Shown piece after piece: positions 12,531-24,923 of a stretch of DNA of 64,000 nt. Origin of the DNA: Hydrolagus affinis (taxonomy: Eukaryota); the NCBI GenBank assembly GCA_012026655.1, contig JAAILG010000076.1, positions 62,001 to 126,000 on the forward strand. Direction: 5' to 3'. Numbering within the stretch: the first letter of the stretch is position 1; the number at the start of each line of letters is the position of its first letter. Made by a program: the position numbers and the translations under genes. The notes under the pieces were generated by a model. It was not told the origin of the DNA. It worked only from the letters and a program-made list of their open reading frames with translations, and did not search any database.

Positions 12531-13260
12531 TTCTGTAAAACGTGTGCCAACAAAAAATAATGGTGCAATATTCCACCAGATGGGCTCAGTAAGTATGGAA
12601 GTATGTATAGAACTGGATTCCTTAAAATCTAAACATAAGAAGCTCTCATGTGGGAAATTAACTTTCTTTTATGGATTGGGACTATTTGTTCGCTATCAAT
12701 ATGAATGTTTGCTGAGATATTGATTTTTTATATTATGCATGACCAAGCTATTGTTCCACATGATGTAGATCTTGATTACACCGTTCCCCTCTTCTCTCAC
12801 ATAGTATTTTGTGAAATTGAAAGACAAGTTTCTGTTTTGCCAACTTGTTAGTATTGCTTCATGTATTGTAGTTCTGGCCCAGACTTTACACCAACTTTGT
12901 TATGTGCTTTGAATTGGAATAAAAAAGTGATTATTAAAATGCTCAACTTCCAAGCTCCATTCCATTTAGCATTGAGGCTCAATGTATTACCTTCTCATAC
13001 TTGGATTTTAATGAATTGCAATATTCGCAATAAACATGTTTGTTTTTCAAGATTGAAGTTGAAAGTAGTTAATTTACCAAGTAATCCTTCATTTTACACC
13101 TGGTGTGATTCGCGCAGTCTGCCAATGGCATAAAGTTATTTTACCATCATAGGATCTAGATATGGAGATAATACTAAGTAAGCTTTGCATAAGACATTGT
13201 GCCTGTAACCTTGTAATGTCTCAAACCGCTTTAGTGTTTGTGAAGTACAGTATAGTGATT

Positions 13261-13316
13261 CAACAACTTTAATTTAAAAAGCGCCCTCCACCCCAGACGG
13301 CGTCTCAGAGCGCTTC
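13261..13316 (-). mobile_element. L2 tail-only insertion (second tail type)
   Basis: The minus strand reads gaagcgctctgagacgccgtctggggtggagggcgct...aaagttgttg, matching 48975-49037. Confidence 0.8.
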
Positions 13317-13607
13317 AAATTCCCGGCAGGGCAAGCTTCCTTACTACTCACACTTCTGTTTACCTAGCAGCAAGTAGGAATCCAGTTGTTACTCGATTGG
13401 CAGATCGCTTTTCTGGGGAAAATAATTTCTTCAAACAATAAAACTAATTTCATCATGCAATCCACCACTGTTTGTGGGAGATTGCTGTGCCTGATTGGCT
13501 CCCACAAAATATACAGTCAATTCACTTTACAGTATATTCTGTGAAACGTTTTGAGACGTCTTGAAGGCATGATGAGGCGCTGTACCAAATGCAAGAATTA
13601 TTATTAC
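13317..13607 (+). mobile_element. tRNA-derived SINE, long variant, head truncated
   Basis: Central ctgtttacctagcagc block as at 5660-5720, plus the shared 3' body and tail. Confidence 0.85.
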
Positions 13608-13824
13608 TAGTAGGAGAATATAGCCGTGAATATTTACTGAAGCATCTTCTTCACTTGGCCTGTAAAATATCTTAAGAGTAGGTCTTCTCTCTAAAAAGGT
13701 GCTTACTGATCACTAAATATGGCAAAAAGGAGTTTTCTTTTTGTTTGGGGTTTCTGTTACCAATCACAAGCCAAGTCCAGTAGTTAAGAAACTCCTATAC
13801 TGCATCTGCTCCTGATCATCGCTA

Positions 13825-13955
13825 ATATAATAATAATTCTTGCATTTGATATTGCACCTTATCATGGCGTTGATCTGTCTCAAAGCACTTCATAGGATAA
13901 TCTAGAAAGTGGATTGAATGTGTATTTTGTGGGCAAACATAGCAGCTAGTTTGCC
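13825..13955 (-). mobile_element. SINE 3' fragment
   Basis: taataattcttgcatttgatat...ctcaaagcacttca...tgtgggcaaacatagcagc. Confidence 0.7.
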
Positions 13956-16900
13956 TCTTGTTGGCATAAATGAAAATAATCTTCAGGAAACTGTATTCAG
14001 TTTAAACTTCTGATAAACGTTTAGATTTGTTGAAATGTCACACACCAGTCACAAATTGTCAAGCACCAATGTAATGAGGAGTTAATGACTGACTGGCATT
14101 CAGAGTAAATCTCCCATTATTACCCTTTGGCTTGGCTGGTATTGAAACAGGAAATGTACATTAGACTAGTATAAATAGCTAATACTTATCTCCTTCAAGT
14201 GAGCCTGTGCAATTCTTTTGACAAAAACATTTATTCCTAACACAATTCTAACTTATGTGCATGTCATAAATGTACCAATAAGAATCTGGGTTGCATATAC
14301 TGTTATCAAAAAAATATCACCCAGTAATATATGTAAAACATGAAGCAACACATCTCAGTATAAACCCAGACGTGAATGTGATCTGAAGTGGAGTGACAAT
14401 TCAGGTTGCCTTCTGATAACAGTGGCTAAGTACTGATAGGACCTGATTTTGATTTGGTGATGATTTAAAAAAAATTATTTGATGCCTTTTGCACGTATGT
14501 TTACAGTCCTTCATGGAGCTATCATTGTTCAGATCGCAGAGTTAAAAACAAAAACAAATAAAGTAACAAGTCTTGAACAAAAACAGTGTAGTCTTGTCCA
14601 AACATTGAGAGCAAAAATCAATATTCATTGCATTCCTGATAAATACTACAAGGTCTGCTAGCCTGGGAAATGCAGCTGGAATATTTGATTCTGTGAGTTA
14701 TTCTGACAAGCAGAATTCAAGCTAACGTGTGCATGGTACACGTACTAATAAGAGTCCGGTTTCTATTTATTTCCATCAGAAATAGAACTTACTGCAGTAG
14801 ATCCTATCATAATCTCACAGGGAATGCTGTGACCTCTCAGGTAAATTACACTGGAACAAAAAAAATCGAAATATTGAGTATTACAACAAAAAATTGCAGA
14901 TGTTGCTCAGCTATAATGAGTAAGATGTGCCTAAAGGTACGGTTTTGCTATTAAGAATACTGATTTTTATGGCAGCATCAGTTCCTGTAATCAACAGACA
15001 GGTGGAAAATAGAGGTAACCCTGAGACAACAGCAGAATAATAAAACTGTAATAAGATAAATATATTTCAGACATGCTATTAAGAAATCAACACGACATTA
15101 GGTTCCCTGCAGGAGTCAGCACGTCTCTTATTTACTTTCATTTGGAAACTTGCATTAGAAACAGGATATTGAAAACTGCAAAGGGCTCTATTGGTGATTG
15201 TTCTGGGGTGGATTTGTAACTTTGTACAATGGTTGTGTCTCTGTAAGAACACTACTGATGGTTGCATTTTCACCTTCTTGAAGGTAGCTTGCCAGAGTTT
15301 GTGTTTGTGCTGTTGAAGAAATGCTTGGCTTTCAGCTTCCCACCTGCAGTCAATCTAGCAGCAAGCACAAGACTGTGTTAATGGAACACCTGAATGTTAA
15401 AAAGAAATGGGGCTCAAAGGGTAAAATACAGCACAGGGTAAAAGGAGCTAAGCCATATACTGTACACTATAAATGTTCCAGGTTCAAGCCCTGGTATGTT
15501 GCAAGTGGATGTCGGCCAGCAGAAGATCAGCAAGAAAGGAAACAATGGAAAATGTACTTTGTGTTTGTTTGGGATTTCTGTTGTACTAAATATTTATTTA
15601 AAAAAAGGCCAGTTGAGCTTGGAACCTGTGTGCGCAGAGATTGCTATTGAATCACGAGTGTTTCTGTTAACATTTGACCACGACAGAATAATCACCTTTG
15701 TTTATAGCGTTCTCACAATTATAAATTCAGTGATTTTATGTTTTTTCTCCTCCCCCAGGCTGCCTATGAATTACGGTTAGTATCACTTCTCCCCGAATGC
15801 CCGGGGTAAAATCAAGCAACAATTGCAGTCCTCCCGACGTGAAAGGTGCTCTATAAATATAATGGGTGTAGTTGTTGTTGACACAATGAATTGCGTCTGA
15901 TCTCAGTCTGACCAAAGCTGCCCACTCATTTACATTACATTCTACTCACCATTTCTTTACCCCAATCACAAATTGGCCCAGTTCACACAAGTTTTATCAA
16001 ACGCTCTTCATCTGACCACAAATTTGATATAATAATTTCTCGTCCCTTATCATTTACACATACAGGGAATCCAGAACAGATGCTTGCTGAACTCCACTCA
16101 TCACAACCTACATTTGTCCTCTTTTTCCTCTCTCCAGTGCTCATTTAACTTATCACCTTCTGCTTCCTATTGCTATACAAGTTTCCAAGCCAATTAGTTA
16201 ACTTGCCATCAATTGTCACATTGAATCTGAGCCAGTGTCACCCGAGTGTCTTTTCTCTTGCTCAAATTTTTGTTGTAAGTGTGGACTGGCACAGCAGAAA
16301 TAGTAGTTTCACTCCATAAACATAGCACTTTACTTCAATGGTAGATAGGTCATATGCACCAACATTATACGCTGTTGTGTGGAGTATTAAATCCTTTTAT
16401 GTTCCACTAGTTTATTAGATATTGGCAGATTTTTCAATTCTAGAATATACCTGACATCACAATTGCAGCAAATAAAGGAGTCCAAAACATTGTATGTAAA
16501 AAATGCCCAAATAAAAATCTACATACAAAAAAGAGTGCTCCATAAAAGGATCAACGTGGTGCTGCAATTTGAGTCCTGCTATCAAAAGTTTAGACTGTTG
16601 CTGAATCAAGTTACAACAACAATTTACCTCTATATAGGGCTTTTCACAGAAGGATGTCTCAAAGTGCTTAAGTATCAACAATGGCCTGATGTGTGTGCAA
16701 ACTAGTATTTATAAAGTCTATTTTGGGGGCCTATGTTAGTAAGTGACATGCTTGATTAGATCGGATGAAAAAAGCCTGTATATCAGCATTGTATTCAGAA
16801 TGAATTTATCCGTACAAATTTCAATACTTTTATCACAGGTGATTTTGAAAAATGGATCATTGCCATCTAATTAATAATACATGTGCAGGTGCATATTCTT

Positions 16901-17689
16901 ATCTATGCAATTAAACTCTTATTAAAACATACAACACAGGCGGTAGAGCAATTGCCAGTGCACATAATAAATTACAAAGGAGTGATACCATCACACACCA
17001 GATGGAGATTCCTGGGCACAGTTATATTTGCTGAAAATATCCTGGACATTTTAATTGTTAAATGATGTATGACTTTTTTTGAGTAAATGGATTCGGGCTA
17101 GATGAATGATTTATCAGATTAATCCATGCAACATTCTATTGTCCACATCTCCATTTTGAGTGAATTGAAAGAGAATTTTTTATTACATTGTATGCTCCCT
17201 TTTTGGTGTAAAAATACTAATGCACAGATGAATGCTGAAACTCATTACAGGTAGGGAGAGCCTTTAACCGTTGTCAAAGATCAGGTCCCATTTTTTCCTG
17301 TGTCTCTGGGCTTCTTGTATAATTGAATGCTTCAAAGTGAAAGAGTTGGATGGGGTATCAAAAGAATTAGAAGTGAAAATCGGGGTTTCAATGTCTCAGA
17401 AATGTAGCTGTCTGTAGAGTTGGAACTGAATATCAAAGTATTATCGGTGGTTCATGCAAAATGTATCACAGCTCCATTACAAAATCCCAGTTCTTTCCAA
17501 TGAGGAAGTCTTGTGTAGTTATACCAATCCTTGCATTTGATATATTGCCTTTCACATTGGGAGGACATCTCAAAACACTTCATGGAATTTAATGTAATGT
17601 GTAAAGACTGCATTTTTGTAGGCTGTGGGAGTTTAAGAGCATATTTTATAGTATTCCTCAACACACTCCTTATTCTAATTAAGATTTTC

Positions 17690-17880
17690 AGATGTGAGAG
17701 GGTCGCAGAACATGAGGGCACAATTGCAAGGTTATAAAGAGCAAATCTAGGCTTATTTGTTTAGACAAAGGGCAATTAATGATTGGAACAGGTTATCATA
17801 ATGATAGTTTCTGGGACATTTTTACCCACCACTTTCACTCATTTAAGAAATAGCTTGAGGTCAAAGAACAGCTTCTTTGA
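17690..17880 (+). mobile_element. Old CR1 RT 3' fragment
   Basis: catgagggcacaattgcaagg...aagggcaattaatgattggaac...catttaagaaatagcttga resembles the CR1 TRGH..KL / RVVNDWN / FKK.LD region. Confidence 0.5.
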
Positions 17881-20196
17881 TTGTTTTGGTTAGCTTTCTC
17901 TTCCCCACTCCAAAAATCCTGCTTGGGTGCTCTGGAACATTTGTATTGTATGGTGATGCAGTGAGACCAGATGGGTGCAATGAGATCAAGTCGGCTGAAG
18001 AGTTCTTCACCTGAACAGTTATGGAATGCATTAAGAATACCTCACATTGTGACCCATAATGTCTGTGAGATTGCAACACAAAATGCAGGCATCATCCACT
18101 GTCTGCCTTTACAGCCACATCTCAAGTCCCAATACACACTGAAAATGAGAAGCACATGGATATATGTACTATTTTCAGCCACCTTTTCAAAACTAACTAA
18201 TTTAGAAATCACCAGAGGCTTCTGTACATCATTGGGTTCATTTCCCCAGAACGTTCTCATTTTAATAACATATTTCAAGGGAGAAACTCAGGGTAGCTGA
18301 AACATATGAAGCATAGAAGTAGGTTGAAAATGACCTTGCAAAGACAGATAAGATAAAAAGCAAACAGAAACACCTACTAACCAAGAAAGTGCTGTACAGG
18401 AATGGTTACTGCTATTTGATGTCGTAATTCGATTTCTTTTTGCAAAGTTTTACCCATTCACCTGTGACCCTTTAATCCCGGGGGGGAAAAAGTGAAGTGA
18501 ATAACCCAACAGTAATTTGCGTTTCCAATTGGGTATAATTCATCCTTAATGGACTTCAACCAGGCTTAACAAAGCTCAATTGGCTTTTAAAAGAAATTTT
18601 CTTTAGCAACAGTTTTGTGGCTTGGTAGAACAGATAGCTAAGGAACAAATAGTTTCCTCATTCTAGTGATTTAGTTTACCAGTTAACTGAATTCTAAAAG
18701 TTTGCTAAGGAAGTAAACTGAGTGCTGTGGCTGTTTGAACTCAGAACCAAATATTTTCAAGTTGGAACATTCCCTTCTACACATTTTATATGAATATACT
18801 AAATGCTGGTGCTCAGTGCTGAAAGGTAGTTAAATCACCAGTTATTTTAATGTAAACTTTTTTTAGTGATGTTTTTACACAATCTATATCAGGCCAGTTC
18901 TGCCTCCTGTAAAATTAAGTGTTTCAGCAGTGTGGATGATACCATCTTGAAGCCTGGATGAGTAATCATGAAACTTGCCAATTATTACTGACTTTTGATG
19001 CCTACTCAAACTTGAGATTTGAACTTGAGTTATCTAAACAAGAGGAAAACCTGGAATTTGGAAAACCTCAGACTTGACTGCTTATCGCTACTGCTCTGAC
19101 GTACTGAGATAGTAGATACAGTGACCTATTCTCTTAGTAATAGTTGTTACCTACAGATGAAATTGCTGGATTCATAGAAGCTGGATGGTTAAAAGTCAAG
19201 TCAAACATACAAATGCAGGTTGTGCATAACTATACACAGTGTAGGCTGTGAAAGTAACCTCTTTCAATGTAATTTATAGATAATCAACATGAAATAATCA
19301 GTGCAGTTGTAAAACTAAATTGTTGCTGTTGTTAGTGCTTCAAAGAGGTGTTGCAACATTTGTCTCAATGACCAAGAACCACTTACCTTCTGTGTATTTG
19401 ATCCTGGAAAGTTGTCCATATCTGTGCACTCTTCTCCCTCAGGTGTTGACCGTCTCTATATGGATGCACGTGTTATGTGTAATACAACCCACCTTTATAA
19501 AGAGAAATTCACATGCGAAGGATGGCAGCAGTTGCACCATTTATGGATCATTACCAGCACCTGAAACCTGCTGTAATTTTCTTGTCTGTCAAGTGACAAT
19601 TAACAGATTAGCAATAGTTTAGTGCATGGCAGGTGCATTCCAATTTCCCGGTTCAGATCGGGATCGATGTCTATTTGAATCCTTAATTTTAAAGCTGATT
19701 AGTCTCAGCGGCTTGATAATGTCTCTGCAATACTGCAGTCTATGGCTTCCCTGCACGTACAAAAGCTCTACAAGTGACCTTTGAAGAATAAAAGGCCTCA
19801 TGAGCCGATTTTCAGATCATGAAGAGATGATCATGTGCAATAGTTATCAGTAATATGCCTACGATTATTAAGTGCAGACAGAAAATTAGATAGCAGATAT
19901 TAAAATGATGATTAACTTTGTGTTTGAACTTCTGCCTACAAGCGACAGACAAACATGCAGCGTTTCACAGGCAAGCAGCTGTGAGCAAAGCTTCACCACT
20001 GGTTTGCAGCCCAGCTGTTGTGGATTATGATGAAATGCAAGGCTGCTGTGAATCTCAGGTTTCCGTCTTAAGAACTCTTCTGATCAGAGATTAAGTTTTC
20101 TTTCATAACTTCCAGCAGAAAAATGACTGGTCGTGGGAAGCCTGATTCATACTTCAAGCTTCCTGGCCCCAGAAGAGCTTTGTTCACACTCAACTA

Positions 20197-20258
20197 AACA
20201 ACAACAAAAGTACATTTGTACAGCACCTTTCATGTCGGGAGGACGTCCCAAGGCGCTG
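20197..20258 (-). mobile_element. L2 tail-only insertion
   Basis: The minus strand reads cagcgccttgggacgtcctcccgacatgaaaaggtgctgtacaaatg followed by (GTT)n, with no L2 body beyond it. Confidence 0.85.
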
Positions 20259-21849
20259 AAACTAAACACGTACACACAGCTCTAATAACCTGTGCTGAGT
20301 CCCTGGTTCTTCCTGATATTGTTAGCATTTTAAATGATCCCTTAAAAGGTCTTGGCTAATGCAGCATTGGGCATTAGGCAATTTCCACCAAGTGTATTTT
20401 TACAGTACGTGCAGTATTGCAAATGGGTTTCCTGGTGAATCTACCTCCATCAATGTGAAATGTGCGATAAAACGATAAAATGTGCATTATGTGTTATCAA
20501 CAAACGCACAGATATCTGGTCTTCAGGGTCTGTCTGGCTGCCTCTTTTGTTTATAAAAATGACCATCTACATCACTGAACAGTTGACATAATCTGACCCA
20601 TTGGTCGAGTAATCTTGTGCTATCTGGTGACCATACCCAAGATTAATACTCAAGCATTTTGAATGTGTTTGGGGAATCTAGACAACCTGCCTTGTACTGT
20701 AACAGATACTCTCATTTCCACCCACTGGAAATGTGCCATTGGATATGTTTTAGCCTATTAACACTAACAGGATCACCTTGGCACTGATGCAATGTATTGT
20801 CTCAGCCATGTAAGTAAGAATTTGTCTCCCCTGTGGGATACATGTCTGCAACCATGTTTGAGCTGCACGTTATGCTTTCAGTGCAAATAGAGAAAACCAG
20901 AGAGAGGATGGCCATATGTGCATCATTTCTGTCGGTGCAAAGCTCTCACAGAGACCAGAATAAAATCATTGTGTAAATATTGAGATTTATATTTGTGACG
21001 CTCCATCAAACAGATTGCCACAGAATTAATATTAGAACTGGCAATGAATGAGTAATGCAGCTAACTCGATATCTTATAGAATCTAATCTGTGTGTTGGTT
21101 TAATATCAAAGTTTTTACTATCATTAAACAATGCCGTTTTGAGTTCACTTACAATGATTCCTGGTACCTGTTGGACCACAAAATGGAAATTGTACCTTTT
21201 CAGCAGATATCTTATTCTTGTTTTGCCTGCAAAATATACATTTAATTCAGTTTACAGTATACAGACATCTCAAAGACATTACAAGGCACTATTTCAAAGG
21301 CAAATATTATTATTGGTATTGAATAGAACAATTAACGCTTTGTGTAGATTAATACTACAAGTGTATTGGATCAAGTGTAGCCTTCTGCTGCAACATCAAT
21401 CTTTATTTTGGAAAGCAGAAAATGTTTCCATATTTTTGCAGGCTAAAACACATTCAGTCTATTTCCCAGTTTAAATGTGACCGTAAAACAAACATGAAAA
21501 TAATCATATGTAAGCACAAATAGCAACAGAGCCTATCACACTTGCAATCTTTTGTGACTGTTTATAATACAAATTGTTATTGCTAGCAATTGACACACTT
21601 GTGCTTGCAGATAATTGAGGAAAAGTGTTCAGTCCAAAATATTGATGTTTTTTCAGACCTTTGCAAATGAAGCAGGCAGAGAGACTCAGGATCATAGCTC
21701 CAGGATCACATCCCAAGAACCGTGCTTCAGGAAGATGGTGTAGATATGTAGTTTGGATTTATGGTTTCCATCATTCAAGGATGTATAGCTTAAGAAAACA
21801 TGAAAATGCCCAGCATTTACTCACTGAGTCCTGTATCCAACCATACTGC

Positions 21850-22510
21850 TGTCAACTCACTTTACAGTACAGTTAACCCTCGTCGATCACGGGGGTTACG
21901 TTCCTGGAAAACTGCACAATCGGTAAAATCACATTGGATAAGGTTAATAAGTAATAGGAAAAAGGTGGTTCAGGGAATCTAGCCACAGGCTACCCATCTC
22001 AAGCCTCCAGGTACATCCACACCCCACCTATGCAAGGTACGTACTGAGGCAGGCTACGGCTGGTTGGCCTGCTCCTCCCCAGCAGTAAGGCAACAGTATT
22101 GCAAAGCAATAAAGAATAAAGCAATAAAGCAAAAAAACCACAGCTTGGCTAAATTATTTTACCTTTATTCCTGGAAGTGTTAGGAGACTCTCTCTCTCTC
22201 TGTCTCTTCTGTTTACCATGCAATGCTCCGAGGCCGAAGAGTCATCGGATTTTCCCAAGGATGCATTGCCGAGGAATCATCGGATTTAGTCGGGAGCTGC
22301 CAGTGTCCTCACAAGTGTGCATGCGCGCGGGGGCGAGCCAGTGCGTACACACAAGTTTTACATTACCTGCGCAAAAGAGTGACGCTTTTTTTTTGTCGCG
22401 TATACTTCACAATCAATAAAGTCGCCTTCGACAAGGGTTAACTGTATATTCTGTGAAGCGCTTTGAGACATCGATAAGATGTGAAAAGCGCTATATCAAA
22501 TATTATTATC
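21850..22510 (+). mobile_element. SINE 3' fragment split by a MITE
   Basis: gtcaactcactttacagTA | TAtattctgtgaagcgctttgagac rejoins to the SINE consensus. Confidence 0.85.
21870..22444. mobile_element. Non-autonomous Tigger/pogo-type (Tc1/mariner) DNA transposon, 575 bp
   Basis: TIRs CAGTTAACCCTCGTCGA / TCGACAAGGGTTAACTG (16/17 match). TA duplication at 21868-69 and 22445-46. CpG-rich interior. Confidence 0.92.
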
Positions 22511-22582
22511 AGCACCTTGGGGTGTCCTCCTGATGAGAAAGAGGCTCTACAAATGTAATTTTGTATTGTATTGTATTGTATT
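22510..22582 (+). mobile_element. L2 tail-only insertion with (TTGTA)n tail
   Basis: cagcaccttggggtgtcctcctgatgagaaagaggctctacaaatgtaattttgtattgtattg. Confidence 0.8.
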
Positions 22583-22682
22583 ACAAAAACCAAACAACAG
22601 TGATTTAATGCTGAATAATTATTTTACCAACAAACTTCCCTTTGAAGTTGAACGGTTTTAACAAACCATCCCAGGATAAACA

Positions 22683-23312
22683 AAAGGCAAAGTACTGCAG
22701 ATGTTGAAAATCTGAAATAAAAGGTCTCTGGGAACACTCAGCAGGTCAGGCAGCATCTATAGAGAGAAAGTGCATTAAGTTTTAGGACAATGACCTTTCG
22801 TCAGAACTGGGAGATGTTGGAAGGCAGCAGTTTATAAGAAAAATGAACTCACGTCGAAAAGAACAGCAGAACTTCTTCAACAGCTTGTTGTGTGTTCCCA
22901 GCAAGTTCTATCTTTAGTTCAGATAAATAAATGAAGTCTACCAACTGAACTATCTTGGTGGAGTCCTGTAGCTCAGTGGTTAGAGCACTCGCCTTACAAG
23001 CGTGAGACCTGTGTTCAAATTCAGGCAAGTCAGGGCGAAACCGTGGGCAAGTTTCCTTATTCCACACGCCTGATAATAATCCCTCCAAAAAAAACACAAT
23101 AATAAAATTGTTCATTTCAATCCACAACTGTTTGTGGGACACTGCTGTGTGCAATTGGCTGCCGCGTTTTGCCCACAAATATACAGTCAATTCACTTTAC
23201 AATGTATTCTGTGAAGCGCTTTGAGACGTCTAGAAGATGTGAAAAGCGCGATATCAAATGCAAGGATTATTAGTATTATTATTTCCAGCATCTGCATTAT
23301 TTTGCTTTTTGT
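22683..23312. mobile_element. Penelope-like palindromic repeat remnant, interrupted by a SINE
   Basis: The left end aaaggcaaagtactgcagatgttgaaaat and the right end atttccagcatctgcattattttgctttt are inverted copies. It contains a hammerhead-like motif. The family assignment is from recall of shark repeats. Confidence 0.55.
22926..23282 (+). mobile_element. Full-length tRNA-derived SINE with ~33-bp 5' leader
   Basis: A box tagctcagtgg, degenerate B box gttcaaatt, shared body, hairpin tail and (ATT)n. Confidence 0.93.
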
Positions 23313-23424
23313 TTATTATTTAATTCACTGCCTATTCTTTCTCCTCCAGGAATGCCTACCTTGAATAAGTTCTGCACCTCTTCGACATGATTTTAGTTTT
23401 CTTTATAAACTGCTCCCTTCCAAC

Positions 23425-23615
23425 ATCTGCTATCCCCCCGCCTTGTCCCTTCCTTCCCCACCTTCAAGTCGTGCCTGAAGACCTTCCTTTTCAACCATGT
23501 TGATGGTCACCTCCCCTCTTCCCCCTGGCTCGGCATCAGGCTCCGCACTCTGTTACACACTCTGGAATGCTACCCTTCATGAAGGGAGCTATACAAACAT
23601 AAGCTGCTGTTGTTG
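23425..23615 (+). mobile_element. L2 3' end fragment
   Basis: ccttcaagtcgtgcctgaagaccttccttttc (FKS.LKTFLF) followed by a tail ending gctgctgttgttg. Confidence 0.75.
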
Positions 23616-24923
23616 ACTTCTGTTTTTCGTCAAGGGTAAACACTGCTCCCATGAAAGGATGAATCTTTCCCAAAGAACCAGTATAAATCTCCTAGGTACA
23701 TTAAAATGCTATGGTTACTGTAATTTGAAAACTATGAGCATTGAGTCTCTGGAGTTAGGATACAGATGAGTAAAAAAAGCTTTTTGCACCTTTGCGTTAA
23801 TTAAACTCTGACTCCACTTTGAATTCAAGAAACAAAAGCAGGCAAAATCTCTGTTACTGAAATTTTAACCACTAATTGCCATGATGAATCTTGGCATTGT
23901 ATAATTTTACAGTGGTGTGTTAAAGTAATTGGAAGTGATTAAAAAATTCTCAATTTGTGACATTTGTTTCATATGAGCATTTCAAAAATTCTAATGGGGC
24001 AGAGGGAAATGGGAGGGAGATGTTGTGGGGGTTGAAGGTGAATTCAAATGAAAATGAGAATCTGAGAATCTTATTAACTCCTGTTCCTCAAGGAGTAACC
24101 TATTAATTTATTAATTCATCTTTGCTCATAGCAGATAAACTTGAAACATTGGAAGCTTTCTGCAAAAACCTTCCTGTCAGTTTACGAAAGTGCATCATGG
24201 AAATGGTGAGCCACAGATATAATTTCTGAGCAGCTTTAGTTCCATTGTGCTGGTGTAAGACGGGAAAGCTTTCCATAACACAGGAGGATATACCAGATCC
24301 TTTAATGATCTATCTCAGCAGACTGCCAGGTTCAGATCAATGGCAGCTGCCACTTGATTAATTATATGTGCGATCGTGTGGGTCAGGGGAATTTTCCTCT
24401 TTTCCCCCTCAAGTATTTCACGTATGACTCGTAATTAATCACAGTCTTACTGGGACTCTCTTTGATGATGTCGGCAAATAGATTCAAGGAAAAGGGCCAA
24501 ACGGGACATAGAACAGTCACAAATTATTTTTGATTTATTTAGATTTTTTTTTACAAATCACATGTACACACCTCATGCACGCTACTGGCCTGAGAGCAAG
24601 CAGTGACAATCTGAAGGTCATGCTTGTTTTAGGCAATGAGTATGTGACATCCTGTGTAAACATTGAGGCAAAGCTCATTACCTCATAACATGGGGCAAAA
24701 TGGGCAGGGTGAAAACTGTGTCATCTTAATCTTGACAGCAAAGAATAAATGTGACCTTTCACACCGCCTATAGATTAAGTAGTTGAAGTAATAAGGTACC
24801 TAAGTATGTGCCAAGACAATTCTTATTCTACATTCCCACTCGACTGGTCTTGGCCCTTTAAGTCATTAAAAAAAAGTGGGAAAGGCAATGGGGACCTCGA
24901 AGATAAGCTTAATCAACAGTTAA

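Noticed and set aside
14780-15775. Exon candidates 14780-14840 and ~15759-15775
   Set aside because: Short, with weaker donors and no recognisable peptide. Indistinguishable from pseudo-exons.
20116-20196. C2-like peptide KMTGRGKPDSYFKL after an acceptor-like site
   Set aside because: No splice donor before the stop codon. The resemblance is probably chance.
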